From: Amphiscolops sp. MND2022
Taxonomy: Eukaryota
Assembly (NCBI GenBank): GCA_964187785.1
Contig: CAXLNC010001319.1
Span: 62,001 to 126,000, forward strand
Length of the DNA: 64,000 bases
Direction: 5' to 3'
The notes under the pieces were generated by a model. That model did no database searches. It saw only the letters and a list, made by a program, of their open reading frames with translations, and was not told the origin of the DNA. The translations under genes and the position numbers were made by a program. Positions 36,536 to 48,313 of the stretch are shown piece after piece. Positions within the stretch are counted from its first letter, which is position 1, and each line of letters begins with the position of its first letter.

Positions 36536-39166
36536 TCACCACTGTCGCAGATCTGACTCTGCCATCGCCCCTTCTTGTACCTCCAGCACTCTCGCCATCT
36601 TGTAGCTGGACCGTTTCACATTTTCATCCACGACCCAAACCAAATCATCCACTTTCAGTTGTCTCACATCGTCTTTGTTCCATTTATTACGCACATTCCA
36701 CTCCGGCATATATTCTTTAGTCCATCTAGTCCAAATCATATCTGAATAAGTTTGCGACACTCGAAATACTCGTCGCAAATCTGTGTAACGTTGAACATCT
36801 GGTAGGAAAGGTGTGACTAAATTAGCTCTTCCCATTAAAAAGTGGTTCGGTGTCAAAGCTTCCAAGTCATCAGGATCGTCACTAACACTAGTCAGTGGTC
36901 TAGCATTCAAAGTCTGTTCTACTAAACACAATGGACAATCATGACCAGTCTTCTTGTCGGCACTTTCGTCAGCAAAGGTTGAGAACGTAGAGTTCTTTGG
37001 CTTGTCTTTACTTGCCCATTTCGAGTTGTCGGTGTTGGGATTGCCTGTCATGAGAACATCTTCCTGCACCGCTGCTATCTTTTGCAACCATGCGCTGAAC
37101 GCTTCCAGCCCCATGTAGTATTTAGCATTTTGTCTTGCGTGCGCCAACCATTTCGTCTTCATGTTCATTGGCAATTTTCTGGTCGCACTGCTCAGGACGC
37201 CTTCTGACTGCAAGTCGCCAACATAGTTCATCTGCGTCAGAACTTGTACACAACTTGAAACTATTCTTGAGTATTTGACCAATGCTACAGAGTCGTACGC
37301 TTTCACTGGCGGAAAGGTGTATATTCGTCTCAATTGTGCGTTAACTACCACTTGTGGTCTTCCAAAATGCGCGACCAAGGTATTCCAAGCAATGTCATAC
37401 ATGTCTCCAGTGTAGCCTAGTCCAGCTATCACTTCTTTCGCTTTCCCAGTGACCAGCGTTTTGAGATGATTCATCTTCAAGCTGGCGTCGATGTTTGCAG
37501 CGTGCACGGTCGAGAGGAACAACCCTGACCACTCAGGCCATTCCAATGGGTCGCCTGAGAATTCTGCCAGCTTCAGCTTCGGCAAACTGGCTGGTAGGCT
37601 CACTGCTTCATTTCTTGTTGTCGCGAACTGACTCTGTATGGGGGCAGAGTATTTAGTTGAGGGTACCACTGGTGGTGGCAATGTGCCACTTCTCGTTTGG
37701 TTACTTAACATTGATTGGTTTGCGGGTTCGAAGTTCCCAAACCGCACATGCTGTTGAAATGTCTTATTCATTTGCATCTTCGCTGATGCAGCGTTCGGCG
37801 CGAATTGACTGGCCGACGTGCCATCCTTTGCCATGGTCGGCTGCGCTGTCTTAGCAGCCAGGTGGGACATTTGCGTTGTGTGTGGCAAAGGGTCAGGTTG
37901 TGGTTTGATATGTTCGCTGGCCAGTGCGATTCTGGATAACTCTTCTCCAAACTTCGTTGTTTTTTCGTCACATCCATTTTCATCAAGCCAAGAAGGTACC
38001 TTTTCAAACGGATCGCTGTGGATGGGTATTGGCGAGATACTTTGCAAACTTGTGCTTGCTCTGCTTCCCTCCGCCCGAGCGATTTCCATTTCCTTCTCTG
38101 CGATTCGTTTAGCCCTTGCCTTCTCCTCTTGGAGTTTAGCTATTTCGAGTTCTTCTGTGAGTTTATCAAATTCCTCATGTTTCTTTTTGATTTCTGCTTC
38201 GCGTTTCTTGGCGGCTAGTTGTTCATCAATTTCTTCTTGTTTCTTCATTGCTTCCAGTTCAAGGAGCATCACTCGCTTTGTATTAGTTGACTTTGAACTA
38301 ACTGATGTTCTGTTGCCCTTTGAATGTGCCTTGCTTGCACACTGAACTCTTTCTTCAGGTAGCGAATTCACCTCATTAACACAACGATTCTCAAACGAAT
38401 AGGGTCTATCGGTACCTTGTGCCATTTCTTCATTCGCATTCTTCTGAGGAGAAGTGTCACGGGACTTTAGTTGTTGCTCTTGCCAATTCACCCTGGCACG
38501 GGCCATTATTCCCTCCACACGATGCAACTCACTGTAGATTGAAGTATCTCCACTGTGTTTCAACAACTCATCCATCTCAGCCACAATTTCATCTCTCCTT
38601 TTGAGGGTTTCTTCGTTTGTTTCTACCAATGATTTGTAATGCTCTGAGTTGCAAAGTGTATTTCGATTTTTATTGATTTCATCTTCGTTTTTCTGAAGCA
38701 TTTCATCACATTTCTCTTTGGAGTTTTGAAGTTGTAAGAACTCCTTCAACTGTCCTTCATTCTTTAGGCCCCTCATCATTGTGAGCATCTGACTAATGTT
38801 TTTATGTCGTGTTTCCAAGGAATCTAATTCATTCCGATATCTGCAGAATCGGTCGCCTTTGTTATCCGCCCATTCTGGCTGATACTTGACTTTCAAGAAT
38901 GCTGTGTTCGCCCCGACGAGTCTCTTCCATCTAGGCAGTAGGTCTTGTCGGTTCGGTAGAAGGTCTGCGAGTTTTTCCATCGTAACGTCTGCTTTGCGCA
39001 GCTCAGCATGTATTTCATCCAATTTTGCCTCAAAGTTTTGAATTGCTCTCATGTTGCTCTCCCATTGTGGCTTGTCGATAGAACTCTTCAAATAGTTGTC
39101 AATTCTTTTGTAATCAATTCTCTTAGGTTCAGCCATTTTGAACGATCCCAAAACCCCAGAGTACAC
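36536..39166 (-). CDS. 876-aa BEL/Pao Gag (DUF1759-like) fused in frame to the integrase C-terminal tail
   Basis: Coiled-coil N-terminus; LPKLKLAEFSGDPLEWPEW..KMNHLKTLVTGKAKE..FGRPQ Gag core; then HDCPLC/LVEQTLNARPLT..LTPNHFLMG..WTRWTKEY. PR, RT, RH and the IN core are missing. Confidence 0.9.
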   Translation of the reverse strand: MYSGVLGSFKMAEPKRIDYKRIDNYLKSSIDKPQWESNMRAIQNFEAKLDEIHAELRKADVTMEKLADLLPNRQDLLPRWKRLVGANTAFLKVKYQPEWADNKGDRFCRYRNELDSLETRHKNISQMLTMMRGLKNEGQLKEFLQLQNSKEKCDEMLQKNEDEINKNRNTLCNSEHYKSLVETNEETLKRRDEIVAEMDELLKHSGDTSIYSELHRVEGIMARARVNWQEQQLKSRDTSPQKNANEEMAQGTDRPYSFENRCVNEVNSLPEERVQCASKAHSKGNRTSVSSKSTNTKRVMLLELEAMKKQEEIDEQLAAKKREAEIKKKHEEFDKLTEELEIAKLQEEKARAKRIAEKEMEIARAEGSRASTSLQSISPIPIHSDPFEKVPSWLDENGCDEKTTKFGEELSRIALASEHIKPQPDPLPHTTQMSHLAAKTAQPTMAKDGTSASQFAPNAASAKMQMNKTFQQHVRFGNFEPANQSMLSNQTRSGTLPPPVVPSTKYSAPIQSQFATTRNEAVSLPASLPKLKLAEFSGDPLEWPEWSGLFLSTVHAANIDASLKMNHLKTLVTGKAKEVIAGLGYTGDMYDIAWNTLVAHFGRPQVVVNAQLRRIYTFPPVKAYDSVALVKYSRIVSSCVQVLTQMNYVGDLQSEGVLSSATRKLPMNMKTKWLAHARQNAKYYMGLEAFSAWLQKIAAVQEDVLMTGNPNTDNSKWASKDKPKNSTFSTFADESADKKTGHDCPLCLVEQTLNARPLTSVSDDPDDLEALTPNHFLMGRANLVTPFLPDVQRYTDLRRVFRVSQTYSDMIWTRWTKEYMPEWNVRNKWNKDDVRQLKVDDLVWVVDENVKRSSYKMARVLEVQEGAMAESDLRQW

Positions 39167-39580
39167 TAGCTAACCACAGGAGTCCAAACTCTGCTGTGAA
39201 TACAATTCCCAACAAGCCGATGAAGTAGCCCAAAAACCCCAGAGTACACAAAAGCCCAAACTCCCAGAGTACACTGTAAACCAAAGTTTCCAGTAAAAAC
39301 ACTTCGAATACAATCTTTCAGCGCCTGCAAGAGTAGCCCAAGCCCCAGAGTACACAATTCACCCAGGAGAGCCCAGATGAGACCACTTTGCAGCACACAC
39401 AGTTGTGTATAGATCACCACCAGTCGTCGTTCACTGTACACGTTCGTTCACTTGTTCGCACAGTGCTGTTCTGGCTGTGTAGCAATCAGATGATCATCCA
39501 GTTGTCCGCCCAATTGAATATGTGCGCCCCAAAAGTGATGATGTCCGCCCAATCGATGATGTCCGGGTCGGCGGACCAAA

Positions 39581-40462
39581 TGTAACGGCTGCTTGATCCC
39601 TTCAGTTGACCAAACTTTACGCCGCCCTGAATTCGGTGCTCGGCACTGCGGATCGTTACCGAACACTGCTTGGTTCTTAGAATAAAAGGACTGTATCTTG
39701 ACTTAGTAGGATCCAATGATCCCGAATTGCACTTCTTCCTTGTCTCTTAACGCGTCCAACTCTCCACAGGTTGAGAGGAACTAACTTAGTCGCCCTAAGT
39801 CTTTGGCGAAAAGTCGAAAAGAGGTGAAGAAATGAATTGAGAATTGAAATGGTCCTAAGACCCAACTTGAATACAGCTTTCCAATCAATTTGTGCCTATC
39901 TAGTTATGGTATACATATCGTTTACAATTATTCGATAAATATGAGTTGAAATATGAAGTATAAATAAATGACATTTAAGTGAATTATTAAAGTTATTGGC
40001 TATGTAAACAAAGAATGTGGTGGTTTTGGCATGTTGGTTAGGTGGGTTAGAAAGTATGTTTACACAATGTAAATATCAGTAATTTCAACAGAGTTACATT
40101 TCCTTCAAGGTCAAATGGGAAAATCATGTAATAATTTATACATCAAAATTGAGTTTTAATGGGGTCCGACCTAGGTCACTTTGGGTGTTAATTGCTCTGA
40201 ACCCAGGGGAGATACGGGGTAGGTTGTTAGGAGTAAAAAGTAGGGTAGCACCACCACTACATGTGTACCGAGTTTCAAGGCGATTGAAGAAGTGGATCAC
40301 CGGGACGGGGGGGTGGCCCTTTTTGGTGACGCCATATTTCTGGTGAGACTTGTAATTTTTTCAACAAAAATCTTGACAAATTTTCTAAGTCTTTTGAGTT
40401 GTAAGTTTCATCAGTCACGTTCGAATTTGAGTTTCTGATCTCGCAATTGACTGGCGCCAACA
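39581..40462 (-). repeat. 5' LTR of the BEL element
   Basis: Followed on the minus strand by TT plus the PBS. Confidence 0.95.
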
Positions 40463-40984
40463 CCAACAATTCATTGATAAAGCAATTTACGCGAAAATGC
40501 CAGATCACGTAAAGAAAATATTAAACAGGGCGTACCTCGAAGACAAACCCTATAACGACATCGTGCTCCACTTAGAAAAAGAAATGAGGCTTAACGGCCT
40601 TGGCGCGCCAGACGAAGTGACTCTGGTACCGCTAAACAAAATAGAAACAACTCAAACGAAACCTGAGCAAAAACCAACCGAAAACAAAACACAAAACACC
40701 AAAAAAGGATACTGTTTCTATTGCAATAAATTCGGGCACTTCAAAGCCGAATGCAGGAAACTGAAAAGAGACAAATGGATACAAACCAGGAAAAATAATG
40801 GATCAAATAACTCCAGCGCAGGTAAATCAGTCAAATGCGACACCTGCGGAAAACCCCACAAAACGGAAGACTGTTGGAATGGTGCCAACTCGGCTAACGA
40901 TCAACGACCTAAGCGCACTAACACACTAGAGCGGAAAACGGACACCTCCGCTCAACAAACGACAATCAAATCCTCACACGAATC

Positions 40985-40991
40985 AAAAAAC
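40985..40991 (+). other. Putative -1 frameshift slippery site A AAA AAC at the end of gag B
   Basis: tca aaa aac taa; the -1 frame reads KKLITPRLRFGETVD, matching KKLISPRL in A; GC-rich segment follows. Confidence 0.7.
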
Positions 40992-41057
40992 TAATTACGC
41001 CGCGCCTGCGCTTTGGGGAAACAGTAGACCCCTACCACGTACGCCACCAACACGACA

Positions 41058-44000
41058 ATGGAATGCAATGGTACACCGACAGAAGACTGGCTGAGACAAC
41101 AGGCCCTCGCCTCTCTAAAAAGAACATTCCCGCAAAAACACCAGGAACAAACCTGCACCCAAGATAGAGACTACAGAGAGAACAGTGAACAACAAACCCA
41201 ACAAACCGACTTTCCCGCTCAACCTTTCACCACTACCATAGATCCAACCATTGAAACCCAATTAGTCCAAAGCGAAAACGAACCTGGCGACCAACTGTCG
41301 CCCCAACAGACGAAAGAAGCTACACACAGCCCCACCAAGCCACCTATCTTTCCAGATGATTTTCCCACCTCCCTTAACTCAATCAAAGAGTACATAATCG
41401 AGAAAGACGGGGAAACATTCATACCACTACATTCGACCATAGTACTCAAGAAAAGACGTAGAATTTGCCACTTGAATTTGGTGAAATAACAATGGACGGA
41501 CTCGTCGACTCAGGAGCCTTCATTAACGCCATGTCCTGGTCAGATTACAACGCAATCAAGATGAACAGCGAGAATTGCGTCATCAAGGAGTATCCCCAAC
41601 CCCCTTTCAAAATCGAATGCGCAAATGCACAATTAGAACAACCCATAGCCACGGCAGACATCCAATTCAACATTGGAACATACACCTTTACGGATACCTT
41701 CGTAATCCTATCGAAAACGTCATTCCCAATAATAGGACTGAACTTCATGAGACACCACCAAGCAGTAATTGATACGGCAAACGGAACTATCAACTTCCCC
41801 CACGTCGAAATGACGCTAGCCATGACAGACGAAATGAAAAACTGCAATCCGAAGCCACTCCAAATAATGGCAGAAGGAAACCAAACACTATTGCCACAAC
41901 AAACAACAACAGTAAATGCAATAGTTATCACCACAAACGCGAACGACGTCACTGGGGCGATACAACCATTACCGCAATTTGATGAAACAGCAACAATCAT
42001 CGTTGCACCAGCCCTAGCTACTGCCCACAATAAAAGAGTTAACATCAGAGTAGTCAACTTAACGGATTTCCCCGACACAATGAAGAACCATACGAAACTA
42101 GCCGAAATGCAAACATTCAAACCCGAGGATACAAAACAAATCCGACCAATTGACGCCGCTGCGCTCAAACTACTAGACAATCCCGACGATACACATATGT
42201 ACATAAATGAACTCACGAAGTCCAGCAAAACTGGACAGAATGATGAAAACCTCTGGTTCCCCACACCAGAAAACCCAGGAAATGAAGCAAAACATACGTC
42301 AATACAGCGGCGAATACTAACGGAAATCCGAGAACCTTTTGAGAAAGAAAAACTGGATCCAACAAGAGATCAAGGATCAAGAACAAAATTCCTCGAGATG
42401 TTCCAATGGGAAGGATCACAAATTGAAGGAAATGACAGAAAACAACTTGAACAAACAATAGTCGAATACAATGATATCTTTGCGCGACATCGACTTGACA
42501 TCGGAATCAACAACAAATTCAAAGTCAAACTAACTCCGAAAGACAAGCGTCCAATCTACACACAAAGCTTACCGGTACCAATCAACTTAAAAGAAGACTT
42601 AACAGTTGAACTAGCACTAATGCACAGGTACGGCATAATCACGACTCTACCGTTTTCAAAGTACGCCAGTCCAATTTTCGCTCAGCGCAAACCAAACGGC
42701 AAATTGCGCCTACTTGACGACCTGCGAAAAATCAACGCGCTAATCTCAGATGATTACATTAACAACAATCATCCAGTTAGCACTCTGTCAGACGCAGCTC
42801 AACACCTAGCTGGCAAAAAGTTATTCTGCAAATCAGATTGCTCTCAGGCATATCATTGCCTCCAAATGGCACACCAAAGTCAATCGAGATGCTAGCTTTC
42901 AACTTCGCAAGTAAGTCGTTCGCCTACAAACGATTAGCACAAGGACTGAGCAGAGCCCTATCCGCATTCTCAAGTTTTATGAGAGAATACTTGGACAAAG
43001 TGATCAAAATTGACCAGTGTGCACAATATGTAGATGACATTGGAATAGCTGCCAATTCAGTTGACCAACTGATACGCAACATCCGCGCAGTTTTCGAATG
43101 CAGGACTCAAACTATCCATCGACAAATGCCACTTTGGCGTCACTAAAGTCGAATTCCTCGGAAGAACTATTACACCACAGGGAATTGCTCCCCAGGACCA
43201 CAAAATTCAAAAATTCTTAGCAAATGTGAGATTCCCGAAATCCAAGAAACAAGTACAAAGATATATTGGGTTTGCCAATTATTACCGCAACTACATCCTG
43301 CGCCTGTCCGAGAAACTGCTCGGATTCTATGAACTGTTGAAAGCAGACAAACAAACCAAAATAACGGAAGAACTACTCGACAACTACAAAGCAATCAACG
43401 CAGCGCTGGCGGAAGCTTGCAGTCTAGCCCTCAAATAACCAATCACAGGAAGACAATACGTCCTAATGACGGACGCCAGTTTTCGCGCCTCAGGATATGC
43501 ACTAATGATCGAGGATGACAATGACAAAAAACTCAACTCCAAAAAGAAAACATTTGCCCCAGTAGCATTTGGATCAAAAGTATTTTCACCAGCCCAACTG
43601 AAAATGTCAATTAATTGCAAAGAATTCTTGGCAACCTGTCACGTATTCCTTGAATACAGCCATATATTGTGGGAAACAACGCTACCCACATTAGTAATGA
43701 CGGACAACCAATCGGTAACGCGCTTTTTCCAAACAAAAGCAATCCCTCCCATACTATGGAATGCATGCGACTATGTACTACAATTCAATTTTCACATCAT
43801 GCACGTAGCAGGGACGCAAAATACCGCAGCCGATTTTTTATCCAGAATTGACCTTAACCCCAAAGAAAGAGTCGAGCTAAAGATCAGAGATGACATCATA
43901 ATCAGATCAAAACAAGTATACTAACAATCCACAGATGTCGCAGATGAAGAACAACTTTTCTTCCTTCCAGACGAAACAATTGAAACCGAAGAAGAAATCT

Positions 44001-45862
44001 TACTACAGAAAGACCAAGTGAGACAAAATGCACGCGATGAAGAAACGACAAAAATAAATTTAGCCATCAAAGAAACAACTCCAATCCCATTAAACAAGGC
44101 ATCCTACACCTTTGGAGCAATAAAAGAAGACGCACGCATCAGAGTCGAACAAGACTCAAACCTTAACTTCAAAGCAATCAAAAGAAAACTAATATGTGAA
44201 GAATACGACAAACATCTCCATCTCTTACAAACTGACCCGACAGCCAAGCGCCTCTTATTCCACGAAAGCAGACTGATAGTCAAGGATGGTGTACTCATGC
44301 GCAAATACTAAGGAGAATGTGGACAAGTCACCCACCATCAAATATTAATCCCCGAGCACCTGATTGCGGAACTCCTGAAAGCAATCCATGGACAAATGGG
44401 AAAACACCCAGGGATTACCAAAATGATACAAGAATGCAGATTCAAATATTATTACCCTGGACTGGCAAAAAGAATCAAACAGTGGGTAATGCAATGCGAG
44501 GAATGCATCAAATACAAGAGAATCAGCAACAACCAAATCAGACCGAAAATGATCAACAATACGGAACACGTCCTAGGTCCGGAAGATATCCTAGAAATCG
44601 ACATACTGCCAAATCTGCCAAACTCTGCAGGATATCAAAACATTGTCACGATGATTGACGTATTTTCACGCTACCTGTTCGCATATCCAACACAAGATGC
44701 CACAGCAAAGACAATTGGACGATGCATTGTCGACGTCATGACTAGATATGCATATTTACCAATGCTGATCTTAACAGACAAAGGAACACAATTCCGATCA
44801 GAAATTGTCGCAGAAATAACACGAATACTCGGAATCCAAATAAGTCATGCATCTACGAAGCATGCACAAACTATTGGAATACTAGAAAGATCTCATGCTT
44901 CAATAAAAACTGCTCCCAAAATATCGTCGGGCGAAAGACGTTCAATGTGGCACAAATATGTCCAGATCGCAGTAATGAACTATAAAACAACATACCATGA
45001 AACCTTGGGTTGTGAACCTTCTACAGTATTTCATGGACGCATACCCTACAATGTCCTCGACCTGAAACTAGGCATCAGACCAAAGTGGAAAACCACGGCA
45101 AATTCAGGTATGGCTGAACAACTACAGAAACAGATCGACGAAGTACGAGCGACGGCAGAAGACAACATCATGCTATCTTATCTCAAATACAAAAAATATT
45201 TTGATCGCAAGGCGTCCGCAGCTCCACTAAAGATAAACGACTATTGCTATATCCTCAACCCAAAAGCCGATAATCAATCAGCCAATTTCGCATTTCCAGA
45301 GTGTATTTGGACAGGACCGTACATAGTAATAAAAGTAGTATCCAACAACAACTATACAATACGAAAAATTGGCACGAGACATACGCAAACACTACACAGA
45401 ATCCGCATACGACCTTATGTGCCAGAACAACGTATACCTGACGTCACAGTACGAGCGAACGAATACCTACCCGATCCAGATGTCAAAATATCCCACAACG
45501 AATGGTACGCAGTATCTTGGGAAATGGACTTTGGAAAGCTAATTGACGAACACGAGACGTCAGAAAAAACAGAAAATCTTCAACAAACTACGACACAAAA
45601 AATGCCAAATAGTCAGCTCGGAAACACGGATGACGTAACGCAGACGTCACAAGATTTTTCGGTTCTTACCACAGACGTAGGGGATAATCCATTCATACGT
45701 TGCCCCCCACCAAATGAAAGCCCACCTATTCCCCCAGGATCACCGACTACAATTGTGGGATATAACCCAAGGAAAATAGCGAAATATAACCTGAGACCTA
45801 ATCCTAAACCTAATGCTAATCCTGACTTCAGACGACTTGACGCTATGACTACGACTCATTAA
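41058..45862 (+). pseudogene. pol: pol of element B (PR, RT, RNase H, integrase), several stops and frameshifts
   Basis: DGLVDSGA; RT ..FAYKRLAQGL..QYVDD; RH MTDASF..EFLA..TDNQ..ADFLSR; IN HG..GKHPG..CEEC, EIDIL, TDKG, LERSH. Confidence 0.95.
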
Positions 45863-47267
45863 AAAGAGAAAAGACATTATTCAGTGTCCAGATCGAACCA
45901 ATCTGACCAAGTTAATTAGAGACATACTACGGCCCCTTCTGTATTTTTACTTCTTTTTGACTTCATACACCCAATCTACACTTTTTTATTGGGTAGCCTT
46001 CTACTTCATCCAATTTGAAATAACAACAAGATTAAACAATCCAACAATGAGACAACAAATAGCAAACAAAACAACAAATAAATTATATAAAGTCTACACC
46101 TCAACTACTCTACAGTTTTTAATTCTTCTTCGAACCACTCTGTCTCTTCGAGTTCTTACTTCCACCATTTGACGAAAGAGAAGCCACACTGGAAGCCCCA
46201 GAACTCTGCTGTGACGGGCGTTTAGTCAACGCTTTTCCTCCTATTGAAACAACAGAGCCATCACGTCCAGGACGACCACCAGACGACACAGACGACGCAA
46301 CAGCACGAGAATCACCAGTACCATCACTCCTAATACGCTGGATGGCAGTCCGAAAACATTGATACGACGCCTCCAGTGAGCACTAAACAACTCTGAATAA
46401 CGAAGAACAAAGGCAGAGCGATCACTCGTACAAACACGAGCCCAAGGGTCGAATTCACTGGACGAAACCATAAAAGTACGAGCATTAGAGATGGCATCCC
46501 GGACACTCTCCATTGTACGTTGAGTAAATAATGATCCCACTTTGAAACTGGGAGAACAAACATAGCTTTGCACCCCGCGCAGACAAGACGTCACCACAGA
46601 TTCAGGCACAACGCAGTCATTCAAGGAAAATACCACTGCAGGGAAATCGCACGTAGGGCGCCGCATAACCAGACAACACAACTTGAAGACACGAGATAAA
46701 CTCTTCCGTGACAAGAAACTATAGTCTGCCAGCAAATAAGCCACAATATCAGCAATACCCTCTGCACTGTTGTCAGAATCGGCATGGCGCAGGCTGCCCC
46801 AGACTTTGCATCCTCAGAACTCAGAGCATCGCTTCTCTCCAGAACTTGGACCATTTTACTGAATAATCGGAAAACATAACGATCGTCACCTTCCAGCAAT
46901 AACTCGGGGCAGAAACAATACGAGCCTTGAAGAAAATCCGAAGAGACGAGTTTGTTCTCAAGAAGGACGTCCACCAGGCGATCCATAAACTCACGACACC
47001 GATTTCGGAATTCCTTCAGCTCGTCAGTCGTCCCACGCTGCAACTCTTCCCCAAACTCATGGCTTAACAAGAAATCAGCAGTGTCAATCTTTTTGAACGA
47101 GGCAATTTTCTCCGTATCCATATATGCTGCCCAATCGTTCAACTCAGGTAGGCTGGACAACACGCGGGTGCGGGACAAAAGACAGTACACGAATTGGCAG
47201 ATCTCCATGTAACAATGGAAGCCGTAATCTGCACGTCCAGACAGCTGCTTTTTGAAGGTACAACGAT

Positions 47268-47334
47268 CTAAACAACAACAAATCATACCAACCTCAAAGG
47301 AAAGGTCCACGACAACAAGACGACGATCACTTAC
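47268..47334 (-). other. Intron (67 nt, phase 1) in antisense gene B
   Basis: CTC T|GTAAGT...GTTTAG|AT CGT; position and phase match the acceptor at 21478 in A (TTACAG|AT ACC). Confidence 0.8.
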
Positions 47335-47416
47335 AGAGATCCAACACATGGATCAACAGTCCCAGCCGCAAACGTTTCGTGTTGTCACAATACACCTGAC
47401 TGTCAGTGCCGCGCAT

Positions 47417-47502
47417 CTAAAACACACCACGCAACTACAATAAAGAGAAGGTCTATCTCTTCCTTTCTTACAAAAAAAAACAAACAAAACACCCCACCCA
47501 AC
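47417..47502 (-). other. Probable intron (86 nt, phase 0) in antisense gene B
   Basis: T-rich segment ending TTTTAG|ATG CGC; the donor GTTGGG is weak. Confidence 0.5.
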
Positions 47503-48180
47503 CAAAAGCCAAAGTGGATTACAAGAAGAGGAAGAAAGTATATGAATCATATCACTAACCATATCAGTCTCCGTTTTAATGTGCCGAGGACCAGTGTATC
47601 GAACAAACTCCCTCACTGACTTCCACACGGGGACTAATTCAACTGCAACCTGACGCAGATCACAGAAAGACACTCGTCCGGCGATGATGCAGCGACGCAG
47701 AACAGGAGTGTCCTCCAGCCAGGGTTCAGGAAACGCGCCCCTCAGATGCAACATGAGGTAATCAATCATGGCGGTAACCTCCATCATGCCCAAATCCTCC
47801 TGGTGGGCCTGGCGATAACAACTGAGGAATACCTCCTCGGAGAAGGGACGACTAAGAATGAATTGATGACCGTCATCCCGATTGTCGCTAATCACGCGCA
47901 GCAACGAAGGACTAGACACTTCTATACACACTGGCAACTGGCCACTAGGGATACTACCCAGAACACAAGACAGCGAAGCTAGCTCCGCCTGTGGGACGCT
48001 CTGACCAAGAGGCTGCACATCAACACACACCTCCAGGAAATTGTTTGACTCCCATGTCCGGACCAGACAGTGTTTGCCATCAGGCCGATCCACAAAGACG
48101 ATGCTGTAGCATTTAAATTCTCCAATACGGACAATCAGCACACGCAAAACCCGTGGGAACAGGCCCTGACACAGCAACGA

Positions 48181-48313
48181 CTGAAACACAACAATACTCA
48201 GCTCTCCGAAATACTAAAAAAACCAAGCCCCACCGACCCTCAGACGACAAATAAACTTTACCGAAAAAAAAGGACGAGAAAAGAAAAGACAGAAAACAAT
48301 TTGAAAGTCTTAC
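48181..48313 (-). other. Intron (133 nt, phase 0) in antisense gene B
   Basis: TTG|GTAAGA...GTTTCAG|TCG; joins ORF 48113-48466 to ORF 47353-48189; same position as A intron 20472-20554. Confidence 0.85.

Larger units (their letters stand above)
35565..40462 (-). mobile_element. Non-autonomous BEL/Pao LTR retrotransposon (4898 bp) nested in gag of B
   Basis: LTRs 35565-36447 and 39581-40462 (minus TGTTGGCGCC...CCGTTACA); TSD CCAAC at 35560-35564 and 40463-40467; PBS TGGTCCGCCGACCCGGAC at 39561-39578; purine-rich tract at 36448-36470. Confidence 0.95.
34700..40994 (+). pseudogene. gag: gag of element B, split by the BEL insertion (34700-35564 and 40468-40994)
   Basis: Starts MSTTRSQ inside the LTR; after removing the insert it reads ..FGSEAQ/QFIDKAIYAKMPDHVKK..; two Zn knuckles CFYCNKFGHFKAEC and CDTCGKPHKTEDC. 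Confidence 0.9.

Noticed and set aside
41545-42264. 239-aa minus-strand ORF, and 37818-38345 on the plus strand
   Set aside because: Antisense shadows of pol B and BEL gag.
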